Shown piece after piece: positions 1 to 9,937 of a stretch of 64,000 bases of DNA; within the stretch, counting starts at the first letter, position 1; every line of letters begins with the position of its first letter. Below the pieces are notes generated by a model that was not told where the DNA came from, made no database searches, and was given only the letters and a program-made list of their open reading frames with translations. A program made the translations under genes and the position numbers. Location: NCBI GenBank assembly GCA_043228905.1, contig JBHGNT010000013.1, positions 11,718,001 through 11,782,000 on the forward strand. Reading direction: 5' to 3'. The DNA is from Azolla caroliniana. Lineage: Eukaryota > Plantae > Polypodiophyta.

Positions 1-249
1 GAGTGCCCAGACCAGGATGAGGAGGTCGGTGCAAAGAACCTCGCCAATACAGAAAGGTTTCAACCCGCTTCGCGAGAGCCTATTCCTCCGTTAGCCGGCG
101 AACCGGGAGAGCTAATAGAGCTTGATGATGAGCTTATAGAAGATATTTCGTTGGCCCGGCTAACAGGGGAAACCAATGCACGTATAGCCGAAGACAGTTC
201 TACACAAGATGATGAAGAAAATGACGTAGATGAATTGATTGCTATGTAA
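1..249 (+). pseudogene. 3' end of an ORF entering from upstream, acidic C-terminal tail (possibly a transposase tail)
   Basis: Frame 1 is open from base 1 to TAA at 247-249 (ECPDQDEE...DDEENDVDELIAM*). No diagnostic motif. Confidence 0.25.
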
Positions 250-670
250 TAGACTCTATAAAGAATATGACACTGACGATTTGTTAAGATTTCACATTAT
301 TAATACAAATTTTGGGTTTTACCTAGTGGATTCTATTCTTTATAATCATCTATATGTTTCAATTTTATTTTTATATACCTCATTAGTAGATTTATGATAT
401 TGGTTTCACCGCGTGCATAGCTGACTACCAAACTTATGGAGAAACATGAACTAGCTTAAAAGGAGGCTGATTTTGGTCCAAGCTAACCTTAACAGAACAT
501 GGCCCTATAATTATTGCCATGACTGTCCATGTTGTTATTATGGATCTTTGTCTTATATTGTTAAAACAGGTCTAGTTTCTATTCCATTGCTGCTTAGATT
601 GTGTAGTGTCTTGATAATGGTTCCAGTTGCGTTATCGTTCGGAGTTTGATCTTGTGTGAATCACCTAAGC

Positions 671-930
671 AATAGAGTAGATCAATTTTAAATATAGGTA
701 TGAAAGCCTAATAGGTTTGTTATTTCCACGACATTATCCTAAAGTTCACTGCCTTACATTGTGCACAATTATATACACATATGGTTTGATCCCATATGAA
801 CAAACTGAGGAATAGATTAGATCAACTTTTAATATAAGTATTGAATACTTTAATAAGTTAGTTATTCCAATCACTTATCCTAATGTGCACTATCCTACAT
901 TTTCGACAATTACATACATGCACGTATGGG
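671..930. repeat. Degenerate two-copy tandem repeat (~140 bp) in AT-rich DNA
   Basis: aataga(g/t)tagatcaa..tttaa(a)tata...ttatcctaa.gt.cact..c.tacattt...acaatta.ataca occurs at ~671 and ~811. Confidence 0.45.
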
Positions 931-1295
931 TCAAAGTATAAATTATATCTCATTTTATTAGTATGGATACAAGTACACCTCATAATTTTGTAAAACCTAC
1001 CTAATTAATATAAGTCTTTAAGTTAGTGTTTCCCTTGTCGCACAATAGTGCCATATTGAGCCATAGTTGAACTTTATTTAGATACATTAACTTATCAACA
1101 TGTCTAAACTTGCATGATTTCTAATGATCTCCACTCGTAGATCTATCATGTATTTTTATATTTGCAAATTCTTATCAAGTTGAGGAACATGTGATACTAG
1201 TGCATCCAATTATTGTAGAGAGGGTGTATTTGCTTCGTTTTAAGAAGATTCTACAAGTGGAATGCGCAATCCTTCCACTTGTGAACGCGAACGTG

Positions 1296-1553
1296 TTGGG
1301 AGATAAAAACCTTCTAAAAATAGCATGAACGTGGATAAGAAGAGGAAGGTTATAAAAGAAGAAGTGATATTAGTGAGGAGGGAGGCTAAGAGTGAAGGCC
1401 AAAGAGTGGATGAGGAGTGTTAGGAAGAAGTGTCTTTGTGGAAGAGGAAGTGTCTTAGAAGAGGAAGGTCTTTGGTTTTAGTTCAATGTGGAGTTTGTCT
1501 CCTTTGTATTCTCTTGATGTTGGAATATCAGAACATTCTTATTTCTTGCTCGC
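1296..1553 (+). repeat. Element A 5' LTR, left part
   Basis: Matches 10278-10533 with about 1 substitution seen. Confidence 0.9.
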
Positions 1554-1686
1554 TGTCAGGAACTCTATTAAGGCAGAGAAGGAATTAGTACTAAAAGAAG
1601 GATTAGTACTATTGTTGGGGAATAGTACTAAGACAGAGAAGGATTAGTACTATGAGAGGTGTCGAACTTTGAGAGAAGGAATGAGT

Positions 1687-1744
<58 letters not shown>

Positions 1745-2034
1745 TGATGCGAAAGATATATGTATTATATGACGGAAGATATACAACAGTAGTTAGAAGG
1801 CTTAAGACTGGCGTTGAACCGATTTGGTTCGAACTAATGCCTTGCGCCTCCTTTTATAGTGTCTTCAGGAATACTCCTGAAGTTTCTAGAATGTTCCAGA
1901 GAAATCTGGAATATACATCAATTTCCTAATAAAACCTAAATGAAAATAATATCCTTCAAATTACAACTCATAACCTAATGGTAAAGTCTCGACCCGTGTA
2001 ACAAAAGGTTATGGGTTCGAGTCTAGTTATGACA
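1554..2034 (-). repeat. Element B 3' LTR (481 bp, contains (GA)25)
   Basis: Appears identical to 6872-7336 except for the GA tract length (25 vs 17 units). Confidence 0.97.
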
Positions 2035-5000
2035 CTATCCCCCCTTTAAAACGACGAGTTTCACGAGTCGTTTTGGATTGAGGACCCGGTTTCTCGGGAT
2101 ATCGTCGATGGAAGTCTTCTAGAAGAGCACGAGCATTGGTCACATTCTTGATCGGTTCCCAAGTACGCTCGCTGGGACTATATCCTAGCCAATCGACTAG
2201 ATAGTAGAGCTTGTTGCGAACAATCTTGGAATCGAGGATGGCAGCGACCTCATACTCAGGTCCATCTTCGAGCTCGATAGGAGGTGGAGGTTGTATAGTA
2301 CGTCCTGGGATAGTGCTCTCGTGATAGGGTTCGAGGAGAGAACTATGAAACACCGGGTGTATCCGAAGTTGCGGAGGTAGCTCGAGACGAAAAGCGACAT
2401 CATTAATCTTCCCGATAATACGGAAAGGACCTAATCGTCGATAATCCAACTTCTCACATGGGCGAGTAGTCTTGATGTGTCGTCGTAGCAGCCACACCCG
2501 ATCTCCAATGTTAAAACTGGATGGAAGTCGATGACGATCTGCGTAGTCCTTGTGTGATTGTTGAGCTTGCTGGAGTTGAGTAGATAAATCCGCTTGTATC
2601 TTGCGTAACCGCTCCAAACGATCCTCCGCGCAAGGATTTGTGGACACTTCTGGGGTTTCAAGGACACACCACCGGGGATGATATCCCGTATAAGCGTAGA
2701 ATGGCGTGACTTTAGTCGATGCGTGGATAGCGTTATTATAGGCAAATTCGGCGAACGGAAGAATATCTGCCCAGTCATTCTGATGATAGTTGAGAAAGCA
2801 CCGCAGATACTGCTCCAGTGTTTGATTTGTTCGTTCGGCTTGACCGTCGGTTTGTGGGTGGTAGCCGGAGGAGAGGTTACAAGTGACCTTCAGCATTTTA
2901 AAAAGGTGCTTCCAGAATTTTGACACAAACTGGGGTCCACGATCGCTGATGATATTATCAGGGAGTCCATGATGCCGACATACTTCCCGCATGACAATTT
3001 CGGCGGTGTCTTCACTAGATATTTCTTTAGTACATGGTAAGAAATGAGCCATCTTCGTATATCGATCCACCACTGTGAGAATCGCACTGAATCCCTTAGA
3101 GACTGGAAGATCTGTAATGAAGTCAAGAGCAATGGATTGCCATGGCTTGCTTGGAATTGGTAATGGTTCTAATAAACCATATGGATGATGTCTTGGCATT
3201 TTCGCTCTGCAGCATGTATCGCAAGTCCGAACAAAATCTTCGACAAATTGTCGCATACGGGGCCACCAGAATGATCGTTGTACTAAATCTAATGTTTTAG
3301 TACTACCAAAATGTCCTGCTGTATATGTGTCATGGCAGTTTTGTACTACTCGAAGGCGGCAAGAACCATTAGGAACATACAAAAGTTCTTTAAAGAAGAG
3401 TAATCCATCACAGTATTTGAATTGCCGATAATCCGTACCTGGTGATTGTGATTGTGAACATGACGCTCGAGAGGGGTCAATTTGTGCTAGTATAGCTTGG
3501 GCGAAAGCGTCAGTCTTCAAGTCCTCACGTATAGTATTGGTAATGTCGGAATCCACGGGCATGTCAAAGATCTGTGCTGCTTGCAGTCGTGTTGGACCCA
3601 AGATTACTTGCTTCTGGTTATCGAAAGCTGGCTCACCGGGACGTGGTGTTAGATACGAACGCCGTGATAATGCATCTGCCTTCCCTTGGTGCTTCCCCGG
3701 ACGATATGTAATTTTGAAGTCGAAGCGTGTGAGGAAATGGGCCCACCGAGCTTGACGTCGATTCAGTACACGAGCATCTTGAAAGTAGGCAAGGTTCTTG
3801 TGGTCACTGAATACAGTGACCTGATGAGGAGATCCCTCCAGGAAATGCCTCCATTGCATAAAAGAATCAACTATTGCTAATAGCTCTTTATCATGAATTT
3901 CGTAGTTGATTTCGGCGGCGTCAAACTTACGGGAGTGGAAAGCCACAGGATGTAGCTTCTCGTCGTTACCCTGTTGTGACAGAATGCTCCCCAATGCGAA
4001 ATCCGATGCATCAGCTTCGATAATGAATGGTTTTTCCGGATCCACATGACCTAAAATTGGAGCTGATGTAAACGCCTTCTTAAGACTCTCGAAAGCCATG
4101 TCCGTCTCTTTAGACCAAATGAATGATTGTCCCTTCCTGGTGAGCTGTGTGAGAGGCAGCACAATTTTTGAGTAATTTTGTATGAACTTCCGGTAGAAAT
4201 TTGCAAAGCCTAGGAAGCATTGCACATCCCGCACCGAACGCGGAGTGTGCCATTCTATCACCGTTTTGACCTTGGCTGGGTCCATAGATATGCCTTCTGA
4301 GGAGATGACATAGCCGAGAAACTCCACTTGGTTGCACCCGAAACTACATTTCTCTAACTTTGCATACAGACCATGTTCTCGAAGTCGTTTTAGTACTAAT
4401 AGTACATGAGAATCATGTTCTTCTTGGGTCTTTGAATAAACCAGTAGATCATCCAAATAGATGATCAAAAAATCATCCAAGAGGTCTCGAAATATATCAT
4501 TCGCCATGTGCTGGAAGACTGCCGGCGCATTAGTGAGTCCGAACGGCATGACCGTATACTCGAAGTGCCCATATCTGGTGCGAAACGCGGTCTTCCATTC
4601 ATCTCCTGGTCGGATCCGTACGAGGTTATAGGCTCCTCGTAAGTCGATCTTCGTGAAGAACCTGGCACCGTTGATCCGTTCTAAAAGACTTGAGATAAGG
4701 GGAAGAGCATACCTATTTCTTACTGTGACCTTATTCAAGCCACGGTAATCTACAACGAGTCGAAGCGAGCCATCTTTTTTCTTGACGAAGAAAATGGGTG
4801 CGCCGGCTGGAGATTTCGAATGCCGAATGAAACCGTTCTCCAAATTCTCCTCTATATAGGCTCGAAGGACTTCTAGCTCGGTTGGTGACAAATTGTAGAT
4901 CGGCCCCCATGGCGGCTCTTTTCCCGGTTGTAAGTCGATGGCGCAGTCGTACGGCCGATGATGAGGAAGTGTGTTGGCTTGTACTTTATCGAACACATCA

Positions 5001-5623
5001 GCATACTGACGATACTTCTCGGGAAGTTGAACGGTGGACTCCTCTTTGGTGGTGCTGGAGGGTTGTACTGATATTGCAAAGAGAAACATTTCCTCCTTGC
5101 GCCCTTCCTCACGCAACTGACGTAGCGAAATGGTTGCAACCTTCTGGGTAGATCCTTGGGTTTGTCGCAACCGGATTTCCCTTGTCCTCCAATCTATGTC
5201 TGGGTCATGTAACTCGAACCATGGTAATCCTAAAACTATGGGATGTTCTGGAATACTAATAATATTAAATGATACTACACATGTTAAGTTATCTAGGACA
5301 ATATTAACGGGTTCCGACTCTTCTATGATATTACCAGAAGCAATGGGACGACCATCAATGACTACTACTGAGGCTGGACATGGGAGCTTTCTGAGAGATA
5401 TCTGATGAGCTCGGGCAAAATTCCTATCCATGAAGCAAGAATTAGCTCCGGAATCTAGAAGGGCTAAGGTATGTACTGGAGGGGTACTTTTAGTACTAAC
5501 TGCTACTTGGACTACGAACACATCACTAACTTGCTTAGAGGGAATGGAACCACTAATGGGCTGCACAGATCTAGGGCTGTCCAACCAAACGGCTCCTATT
5601 TTGGCTGGACTTAGTCGTTTAAC
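2027..5623 (-). CDS. pol: Pol polyprotein of B: aspartic protease, RT, RNase H, integrase, chromodomain; probably expressed by -1 frameshift from gag
   Basis: LLDSGA protease, YLDD RT, ADASD RNase H, H-H-C-C zinc finger and DDE integrase, GPF motif, chromodomain EYEVAAILDS...YLVDWLGY...TWEP. The frame is open upstream of the listed TTG (5584) through the slippery site. Confidence 0.95.
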   Translation of the reverse strand, partial: VKRLSPAKIGAVWLDSPRSVQPISGSIPSKQVSDVFVVQVAVSTKSTPPVHTLALLDSGANSCFMDRNFARAHQISLRKLPCPASVVVIDGRPIASGNIIEESEPVNIVLDNLTCVVSFNIISIPEHPIVLGLPWFELHDPDIDWRTREIRLRQTQGSTQKVATISLRQLREEGRKEEMFLFAISVQPSSTTKEESTVQLPEKYRQYADVFDKVQANTLPHHRPYDCAIDLQPGKEPPWGPIYNLSPTELEVLRAYIEENLENGFIRHSKSPAGAPIFFVKKKDGSLRLVVDYRGLNKVTVRNRYALPLISSLLERINGARFFTKIDLRGAYNLVRIRPGDEWKTAFRTRYGHFEYTVMPFGLTNAPAVFQHMANDIFRDLLDDFLIIYLDDLLVYSKTQEEHDSHVLLVLKRLREHGLYAKLEKCSFGCNQVEFLGYVISSEGISMDPAKVKTVIEWHTPRSVRDVQCFLGFANFYRKFIQNYSKIVLPLTQLTRKGQSFIWSKETDMAFESLKKAFTSAPILGHVDPEKPFIIEADASDFALGSILSQQGNDEKLHPVAFHSRKFDAAEINYEIHDKELLAIVDSFMQWRHFLEGSPHQVTVFSDHKNLAYFQDARVLNRRQARWAHFLTRFDFKITYRPGKHQGKADALSRRSYLTPRPGEPAFDNQKQVILGPTRLQAAQIFDMPVDSDITNTIREDLKTDAFAQAILAQIDPSRASCSQSQSPGTDYRQFKYCDGLLFFKELLYVPNGSCRLRVVQNCHDTYTAGHFGSTKTLDLVQRSFWWPRMRQFVEDFVRTCDTCCRAKMPRHHPYGLLEPLPIPSKPWQSIALDFITDLPVSKGFSAILTVVDRYTKMAHFLPCTKEISSEDTAEIVMREVCRHHGLPDNIISDRGPQFVSKFWKHLFKMLKVTCNLSSGYHPQTDGQAERTNQTLEQYLRCFLNYHQNDWADILPFAEFAYNNAIHASTKVTPFYAYTGYHPRWCVLETPEVSTNPCAEDRLERLRKIQADLSTQLQQAQQSHKDYADRHRLPSSFNIGDRVWLLRRHIKTTRPCEKLDYRRLGPFRIIGKINDVAFRLELPPQLRIHPVFHSSLLEPYHESTIPGRTIQPPPPIELEDGPEYEVAAILDSKIVRNKLYYLVDWLGYSPSERTWEPIKNVTNARALLEDFHRRYPEKPGPQSKTTRETRRFKGGIVS
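2035..2050 (-). promoter_or_regulatory. Polypurine tract of element B
   Basis: Minus strand reads AAAGGGGGGATAG immediately before the LTR TGTCA. Confidence 0.85.
5579..5623 (-). promoter_or_regulatory. Programmed -1 ribosomal frameshift signal (G_UUA_AAC + 6-nt spacer + 11-bp stem)
   Basis: Minus strand GTTAAAC GACTAA GTCCAGCCAAA-ATAGGAGCCG-TTTGGTTGGAC. pol is in the -1 frame relative to gag. Confidence 0.8.
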
Positions 5624-6780
5624 TCTTCTTCTAATTGGCTAAGGACATCAAATTTGTTTGCGAGATTCGGACTATTAGTACTATTAGGACTATTATGACT
5701 ATGAGGATTATCAGAGATTCCTACTGACATAGACTCGGGTTTAGTATAGTCAGAACTAACAATGACTTGGTTTACCTGCCTTCTTGGTCTATGGGGACAG
5801 TTTATCGCGATATGCCCTGGTCCACCGCAATAAAGGCATAATCGGTTTGTTCGGCGTCGTTGCTTTTCCTCCTCCGATAGCGGCCCACGACGACGTGTAG
5901 TGTCAATTTCCATTGGAGTTGGAGTACTTACTGGAGGCGCATTATGTGACTCCCTTTGAAAAGGTTTCGCTACCATTGAGGCATAGGTAGGCTCGGATCT
6001 TGCCCTCGGCATCTGAAATTGTCGTTCCGAACGTCGCTCGAAGAGGCGGTTGTCACATCTGACCGCTCGACTGATTGCTTCTGTTAATGATTTTGGCTCT
6101 TCAGGGAAAGTCAAGAGTAAATCCTTGACATCGTTGCGTAGACCATAGCGGAACTGCTCCATCAATGCTTGATCATCCCAGGGGATATCGGCGGCGAGTA
6201 GGCGGAAATCTGCAGCATATGCGGAGGCTGGACGGTCACCTTGGCGTAATCGCCGGATTTTGTTGATTGCAGTCCTTATGCTGTCAGTATCTCCAAAACA
6301 TGCTTTAAACTCACTTATGAATTCTTCAAAATTATTTAGTACTGGAGATTCCTTTTCTAGTAGCGGAGCGAACCATGCTAATGCTGAGCCATTTAACAAC
6401 GTGCCTACTAAACCCACTCGTGATGCATCGGTGGGATATCGGGACGGATGCATTTGAATAACTAACCGTACCTGGTTAAGAAACCCTCTAAACTGCGATC
6501 GCGTTCCATCGAACTTCGTGGGAAGGCCAATCTTGGGTTCTTTATGAATCCCTTGTGCTCCGTGCCCTTGTTGTTGCATTGCTACGATGGTTGCTTCGAG
6601 TTGTTGCACGCGTAACGCAAGTTCCCCATGCTGTTGTTGCGTTTGCTGCTTTTCTAAGGAAATTTGCTGAAGATCCCCCAACAAGCGTTGATTTTCTTGT
6701 TCCAAAGCATGAAACTTCTCTTTCAAGCATTGAAATTCCGAGAAAACGGATTGATACTCTTCAGCGCTAACGGTGGCCAT
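5611..6780 (-). CDS. gag: Gag of B (coiled coil, Ty3/PEG10-like capsid, CCHC knuckle)
   Basis: 389 aa. P.KFDG motif, LRQG..A..Y...F major-homology-like region, PMEID, CLYCGGPGHIAINC. Confidence 0.95.
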   Translation of the reverse strand: MATVSAEEYQSVFSEFQCLKEKFHALEQENQRLLGDLQQISLEKQQTQQQHGELALRVQQLEATIVAMQQQGHGAQGIHKEPKIGLPTKFDGTRSQFRGFLNQVRLVIQMHPSRYPTDASRVGLVGTLLNGSALAWFAPLLEKESPVLNNFEEFISEFKACFGDTDSIRTAINKIRRLRQGDRPASAYAADFRLLAADIPWDDQALMEQFRYGLRNDVKDLLLTFPEEPKSLTEAISRAVRCDNRLFERRSERQFQMPRARSEPTYASMVAKPFQRESHNAPPVSTPTPMEIDTTRRRGPLSEEEKQRRRTNRLCLYCGGPGHIAINCPHRPRRQVNQVIVSSDYTKPESMSVGISDNPHSHNSPNSTNSPNLANKFDVLSQLEEELND

Positions 6781-6857
6781 GGGATGAAGGAAAAGGGAAA
6801 TAAGAGACTAGTAGGAAAGGAGAGAGACAGAAGGAAGAGGGAGACTAGAAGGAAGAA

Positions 6858-6869
6858 AAATCGGTTCAA
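6858..6869 (-). promoter_or_regulatory. Non-tRNA primer-binding site of B (self-priming type)
   Basis: TTGAACCGATTT, 2 nt after the 5' LTR, lacks TGG and is the exact complement of LTR sequence 7116-7127 on the same strand. Confidence 0.8.
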
Positions 6870-6871
6870 AC

Positions 6872-7004
6872 TGTCAGGAACTCTATTAAGGCAGAGAAGG
6901 AATTAGTACTAAAAGAAGGATTAGTACTATTGTTGGGGAATAGTACTAAGACAGAGAAGGATTAGTACTATGAGAGGTGTCGAACTTTGAGAGAAGGAAT
7001 GAGT

Positions 7005-7046
<42 letters not shown>

Positions 7047-7336
7047 TGATGCGAAAGATATATGTATTATATGACGGAAGATATACAACAGTAGTTAGAA
7101 GGCTTAAGACTGGCGTTGAACCGATTTGGTTCGAACTAATGCCTTGCGCCTCCTTTTATAGTGTCTTCAGGAATACTCCTGAAGTTTCTAGAATGTTCCA
7201 GAGAAATCTGGAATATACATCAATTTCCTAATAAAACCTAAATGAAAATAATATCCTTCAAATTACAACTCATAACCTAATGGTAAAGTCTCGACCCGTG
7301 TAACAAAAGGTTATGGGTTCGAGTCTAGTTATGACA
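6872..7336 (-). repeat. Element B 5' LTR (465 bp), TATA box at 7154-7160
   Basis: Direct repeat of 1554-2034. TATAAAA on the minus strand. Confidence 0.97.
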
Positions 7337-7341
7337 CTCGC

Positions 7342-7494
7342 CTTCTCTATCTTTTTTCTTAGTTTCTTGAGTTATACTCTCTAATCATAATTACCTAGAG
7401 CTATATAATATATTATGATTTTAAACTCCATCTAATCGGTTTGGTCAAGCCCTCATATAGTGTATAACTATCTATTATCTTATACACTCTATCA
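7342..7494 (+). repeat. Element A 5' LTR, right part
   Basis: Matches 10534-10686 and ends ...CTCTATCA. Confidence 0.9.
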
Positions 7495-7498
7495 TTTT

Positions 7499-7515
7499 TG
7501 GCGCTCCAGGGAGGG
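7499..7515 (+). promoter_or_regulatory. PBS of element A (tRNA-Asn-like)
   Basis: TGGCGCTCCAGGGAGGG, 4 nt after the LTR. Resembles the complement of the plant tRNA-Asn 3' end (from memory, imperfect match). Confidence 0.55.
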
Positions 7516-7582
7516 CGGATCCTTTCCGTATAGGAAGAGAAGTTATCATTTAATTGTGTTACTATATTACATTAACTTAGCT

Positions 7583-8944
7583 ATGCAATTTGCATTTTCG
7601 GGTGAAAGAACACAAGATGCTGGTGCCTTTTTGGCATGCTTTGAGCATCATGCCATATCTATTGGACGCATCACCGACAACGAAAAGTTGCCCTTGTTGG
7701 TAGCTACATTCTATGGTCGTGCTCGAGATTGGTATGACTCTCTTCCGCAAAATGAACAAGGAGAATATCAATTATTGGTGCATCAATTTCGTACAAGATA
7801 TATTCAATGGAAAAGTGCAACTGAGGTAAGGGAGGAGCTTTTTCAACTAAAGATGGAATCACCTTTTGGTTTTTTAGAGTATGAACGAAATTTCCAAGAA
7901 TTGTGGACGACGTGGATTCGTCTTCGTGGTGGCACCGAAGACGAGTGGTTTAAGATAGAACAATTTAAGGTGGGCCTTGATATGCATTTCCGTTTGGAGG
8001 CAAGCTTGAAGGATCCAACGACTTTTCAAGCTCTTCTCCAAGTTTGTCAAGATTATGATCGACAAGTGAAGATGATGAGTTCCATGGGGGATCCCCAAAT
8101 GACGGCTTTGGGTGCAAATTTGATGCCTCGTGCCAACTTTCAAGCCTTATCTTCAATTGTGCATGGTGGACAAGTGTTTCCAAATGTGTATACCACCACA
8201 ACAATAAACCCAACAAGTATATCTCAAGAAGTGGAACAAGTGAAGAGTGAACAAGATACAATGGCGTTGGTGAATCGGCGCTTTGATGAAGTGATGGCCC
8301 ACTTGCAACAATCCCAAGCAATTCGCAACACTATTCCCGATGGTGGTGGCTCTAGAGGGCATCAAGGTGTAATTTGTTATTCTTGTCAAGAGGAGGGACA
8401 CTCAACAAGATGTCCTCATCGACAACAAAGAGGTATGGAAAGAGACATGTATGAAGTGCAACGGAATGGACAACGACCTATCAACAATGGAGTCGAAGGA
8501 AACGTAACACTCCCTATGGCTCAGGTTCCTACAATTCCTCATAATGTGAATCTTCTTAATTTTATTGATGATAGTGATAATTCTTTTGAAGTAGCTCCTG
8601 TGAAAAGGACAAGGTCCTCGCAAAAGGAGAAAGAAGTTGAAGGAGGATCTAGTGCCTCAAGACAAAAGAAGAAGTCTAAGGAGAATGAGAAAGAGGAAAA
8701 ATTGAGAAGGAGACACTCTAGAAGAAAGATCAAGATGGAGGACATTCCTATGGGTGAAGGTGTAGAAGCTTTCAATTTGAAGCATGAGTTGATTTCAAGT
8801 GGACCAAGGATAACATGGCCGCAACTTCTCCAATTATCTCCCACATTACGAAAGGAGTGGGGGCGACTTGCAAGTATTCGCCAAAGTCGGAAGACTGTGC
8901 ATTATGTGGGAATCGTGCGAGTAGAAGATCGAAAGGACATATGA
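7583..8944 (+). CDS. gag: Gag-like protein of element A
   Basis: ATG at 7583. FSGE...A.DWY retrotransposon capsid pattern and a CYSCQEEGH..C knuckle. Ends at a single TGA in frame with the protease. Confidence 0.75.
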   Translation: MQFAFSGERTQDAGAFLACFEHHAISIGRITDNEKLPLLVATFYGRARDWYDSLPQNEQGEYQLLVHQFRTRYIQWKSATEVREELFQLKMESPFGFLEYERNFQELWTTWIRLRGGTEDEWFKIEQFKVGLDMHFRLEASLKDPTTFQALLQVCQDYDRQVKMMSSMGDPQMTALGANLMPRANFQALSSIVHGGQVFPNVYTTTTINPTSISQEVEQVKSEQDTMALVNRRFDEVMAHLQQSQAIRNTIPDGGGSRGHQGVICYSCQEEGHSTRCPHRQQRGMERDMYEVQRNGQRPINNGVEGNVTLPMAQVPTIPHNVNLLNFIDDSDNSFEVAPVKRTRSSQKEKEVEGGSSASRQKKKSKENEKEEKLRRRHSRRKIKMEDIPMGEGVEAFNLKHELISSGPRITWPQLLQLSPTLRKEWGRLASIRQSRKTVHYVGIVRVEDRKDI

Positions 8945-9676
8945 CCCACCATCCCCGTCTCCATCAAAGGGTTTCACATCAAAGATGCGTTGGTTGATAG
9001 TGGTGCTAGGGTAAGCTTGATTTCTGAATTTGTAGTAAACAAAGTAGGAATTCCTATTAGTAGGTCATCTTCAACAAGGGTGGTTGTAGTAGATAGTGGA
9101 GTGGTGCATTGCACAAGCATAGTGGAGGATGTGTTCATCAAGTGTTTTGGAATAAGAGGAGAAGCTTGCAACAAATACCACATCAACTTGAAGGAAAGTG
9201 TATCAATTTCCCCAAAGCTTCGGCAATTGAGTGTTGAACAAAAGGAAGAATTTATGCAAGAGTTCAACGCATGGTTACAAGAAAGTTCCAATTATAAGAT
9301 GGAAGATTTGAGGTATGTGTCACCTATAGTTTTGGTTCCAAAGAAGAATGAGATCAATTTCAAACCCTTGAATGATTCGACCAAACGAGATGAATTTTCA
9401 CTTCCTTCTCGAGATGAGATTGTCGATAAAATGGTTGTTTATACAAAACAAGGTAGTGTGGACAATATGTTGTGCCAAAAAGGATTTCATGTGGATGATT
9501 CAAAGATTAACATAATTACAAAGATGACAATTCCGACAAGTCTTGAAGCTTTGAAAGTATTTGTGCAAAAGGTGCGCTCGCTCGAAAGATTCATTTATAT
9601 GTTGACATGCTTACTGCTATCAAGAGTGATGTATCCCATGGCCCTACTAGTCTTTGGAGAGTTAACGAAGACATAA
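8945..9676 (+). pseudogene. Protease plus internally deleted RT remnant of element A
   Basis: ALVDSGA protease and SPIVLVPKKN / DEFSLP..DEI RT N-terminal motifs, joined directly to GFHVDDSKI (RT C-terminal part). No YxDD, RNase H or integrase. Confidence 0.75.
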
Positions 9677-9937
9677 TGATTGTGGTAACCTCTTTCTTTG
9701 TGTTGACAAGGAGAAAGATGATGATGGAATTGTCAATGTGTGTGTGGGTGTGTCTAGGAGTGTGAGGTTTTTCCTACCGACTAGCGGGGGTTTTACTCAC
9801 ATAGTTTGTTTCTTTTTCTTCTCTCCTTCTTTGTCTATAGCCTACCATAAGGCGAAGGAGTTTTTTTTATTCTTTTTATCTTCGGCTCACCATAAATGGT
9901 TCGCTCAACAAGCAAGGGGGGGGGGGGGGGAGCTAAA

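Larger units (their letters stand above)
1554..7336 (-). mobile_element. Element B: intact Ty3/gypsy chromovirus (Tcn1/Tf1-sushi-like)
   Basis: LTRs 1554-2034 and 6872-7336 with TG...CA ends. 5-bp TSD CTCGC at 1549-1553 and 7337-7341. Uninterrupted gag and pol with a chromodomain. Confidence 0.97.

Noticed and set aside
1032-1045. TGTCG at 1036 with flank CCCT as the possible left end of D
   Set aside because: The upstream sequence does not match the missing part of C's LTR, so this is likely chance.
1291-1295. ACGTG matching the flank at 14292 as a TSD for a 13-kb unit
   Set aside because: The sequence before 1291 is not the start of the E LTR.
1741-1929. 62-aa ORF, repeated at 7007-7231
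   Set aside because: Antisense ORF inside both LTRs of B, with no protein features.
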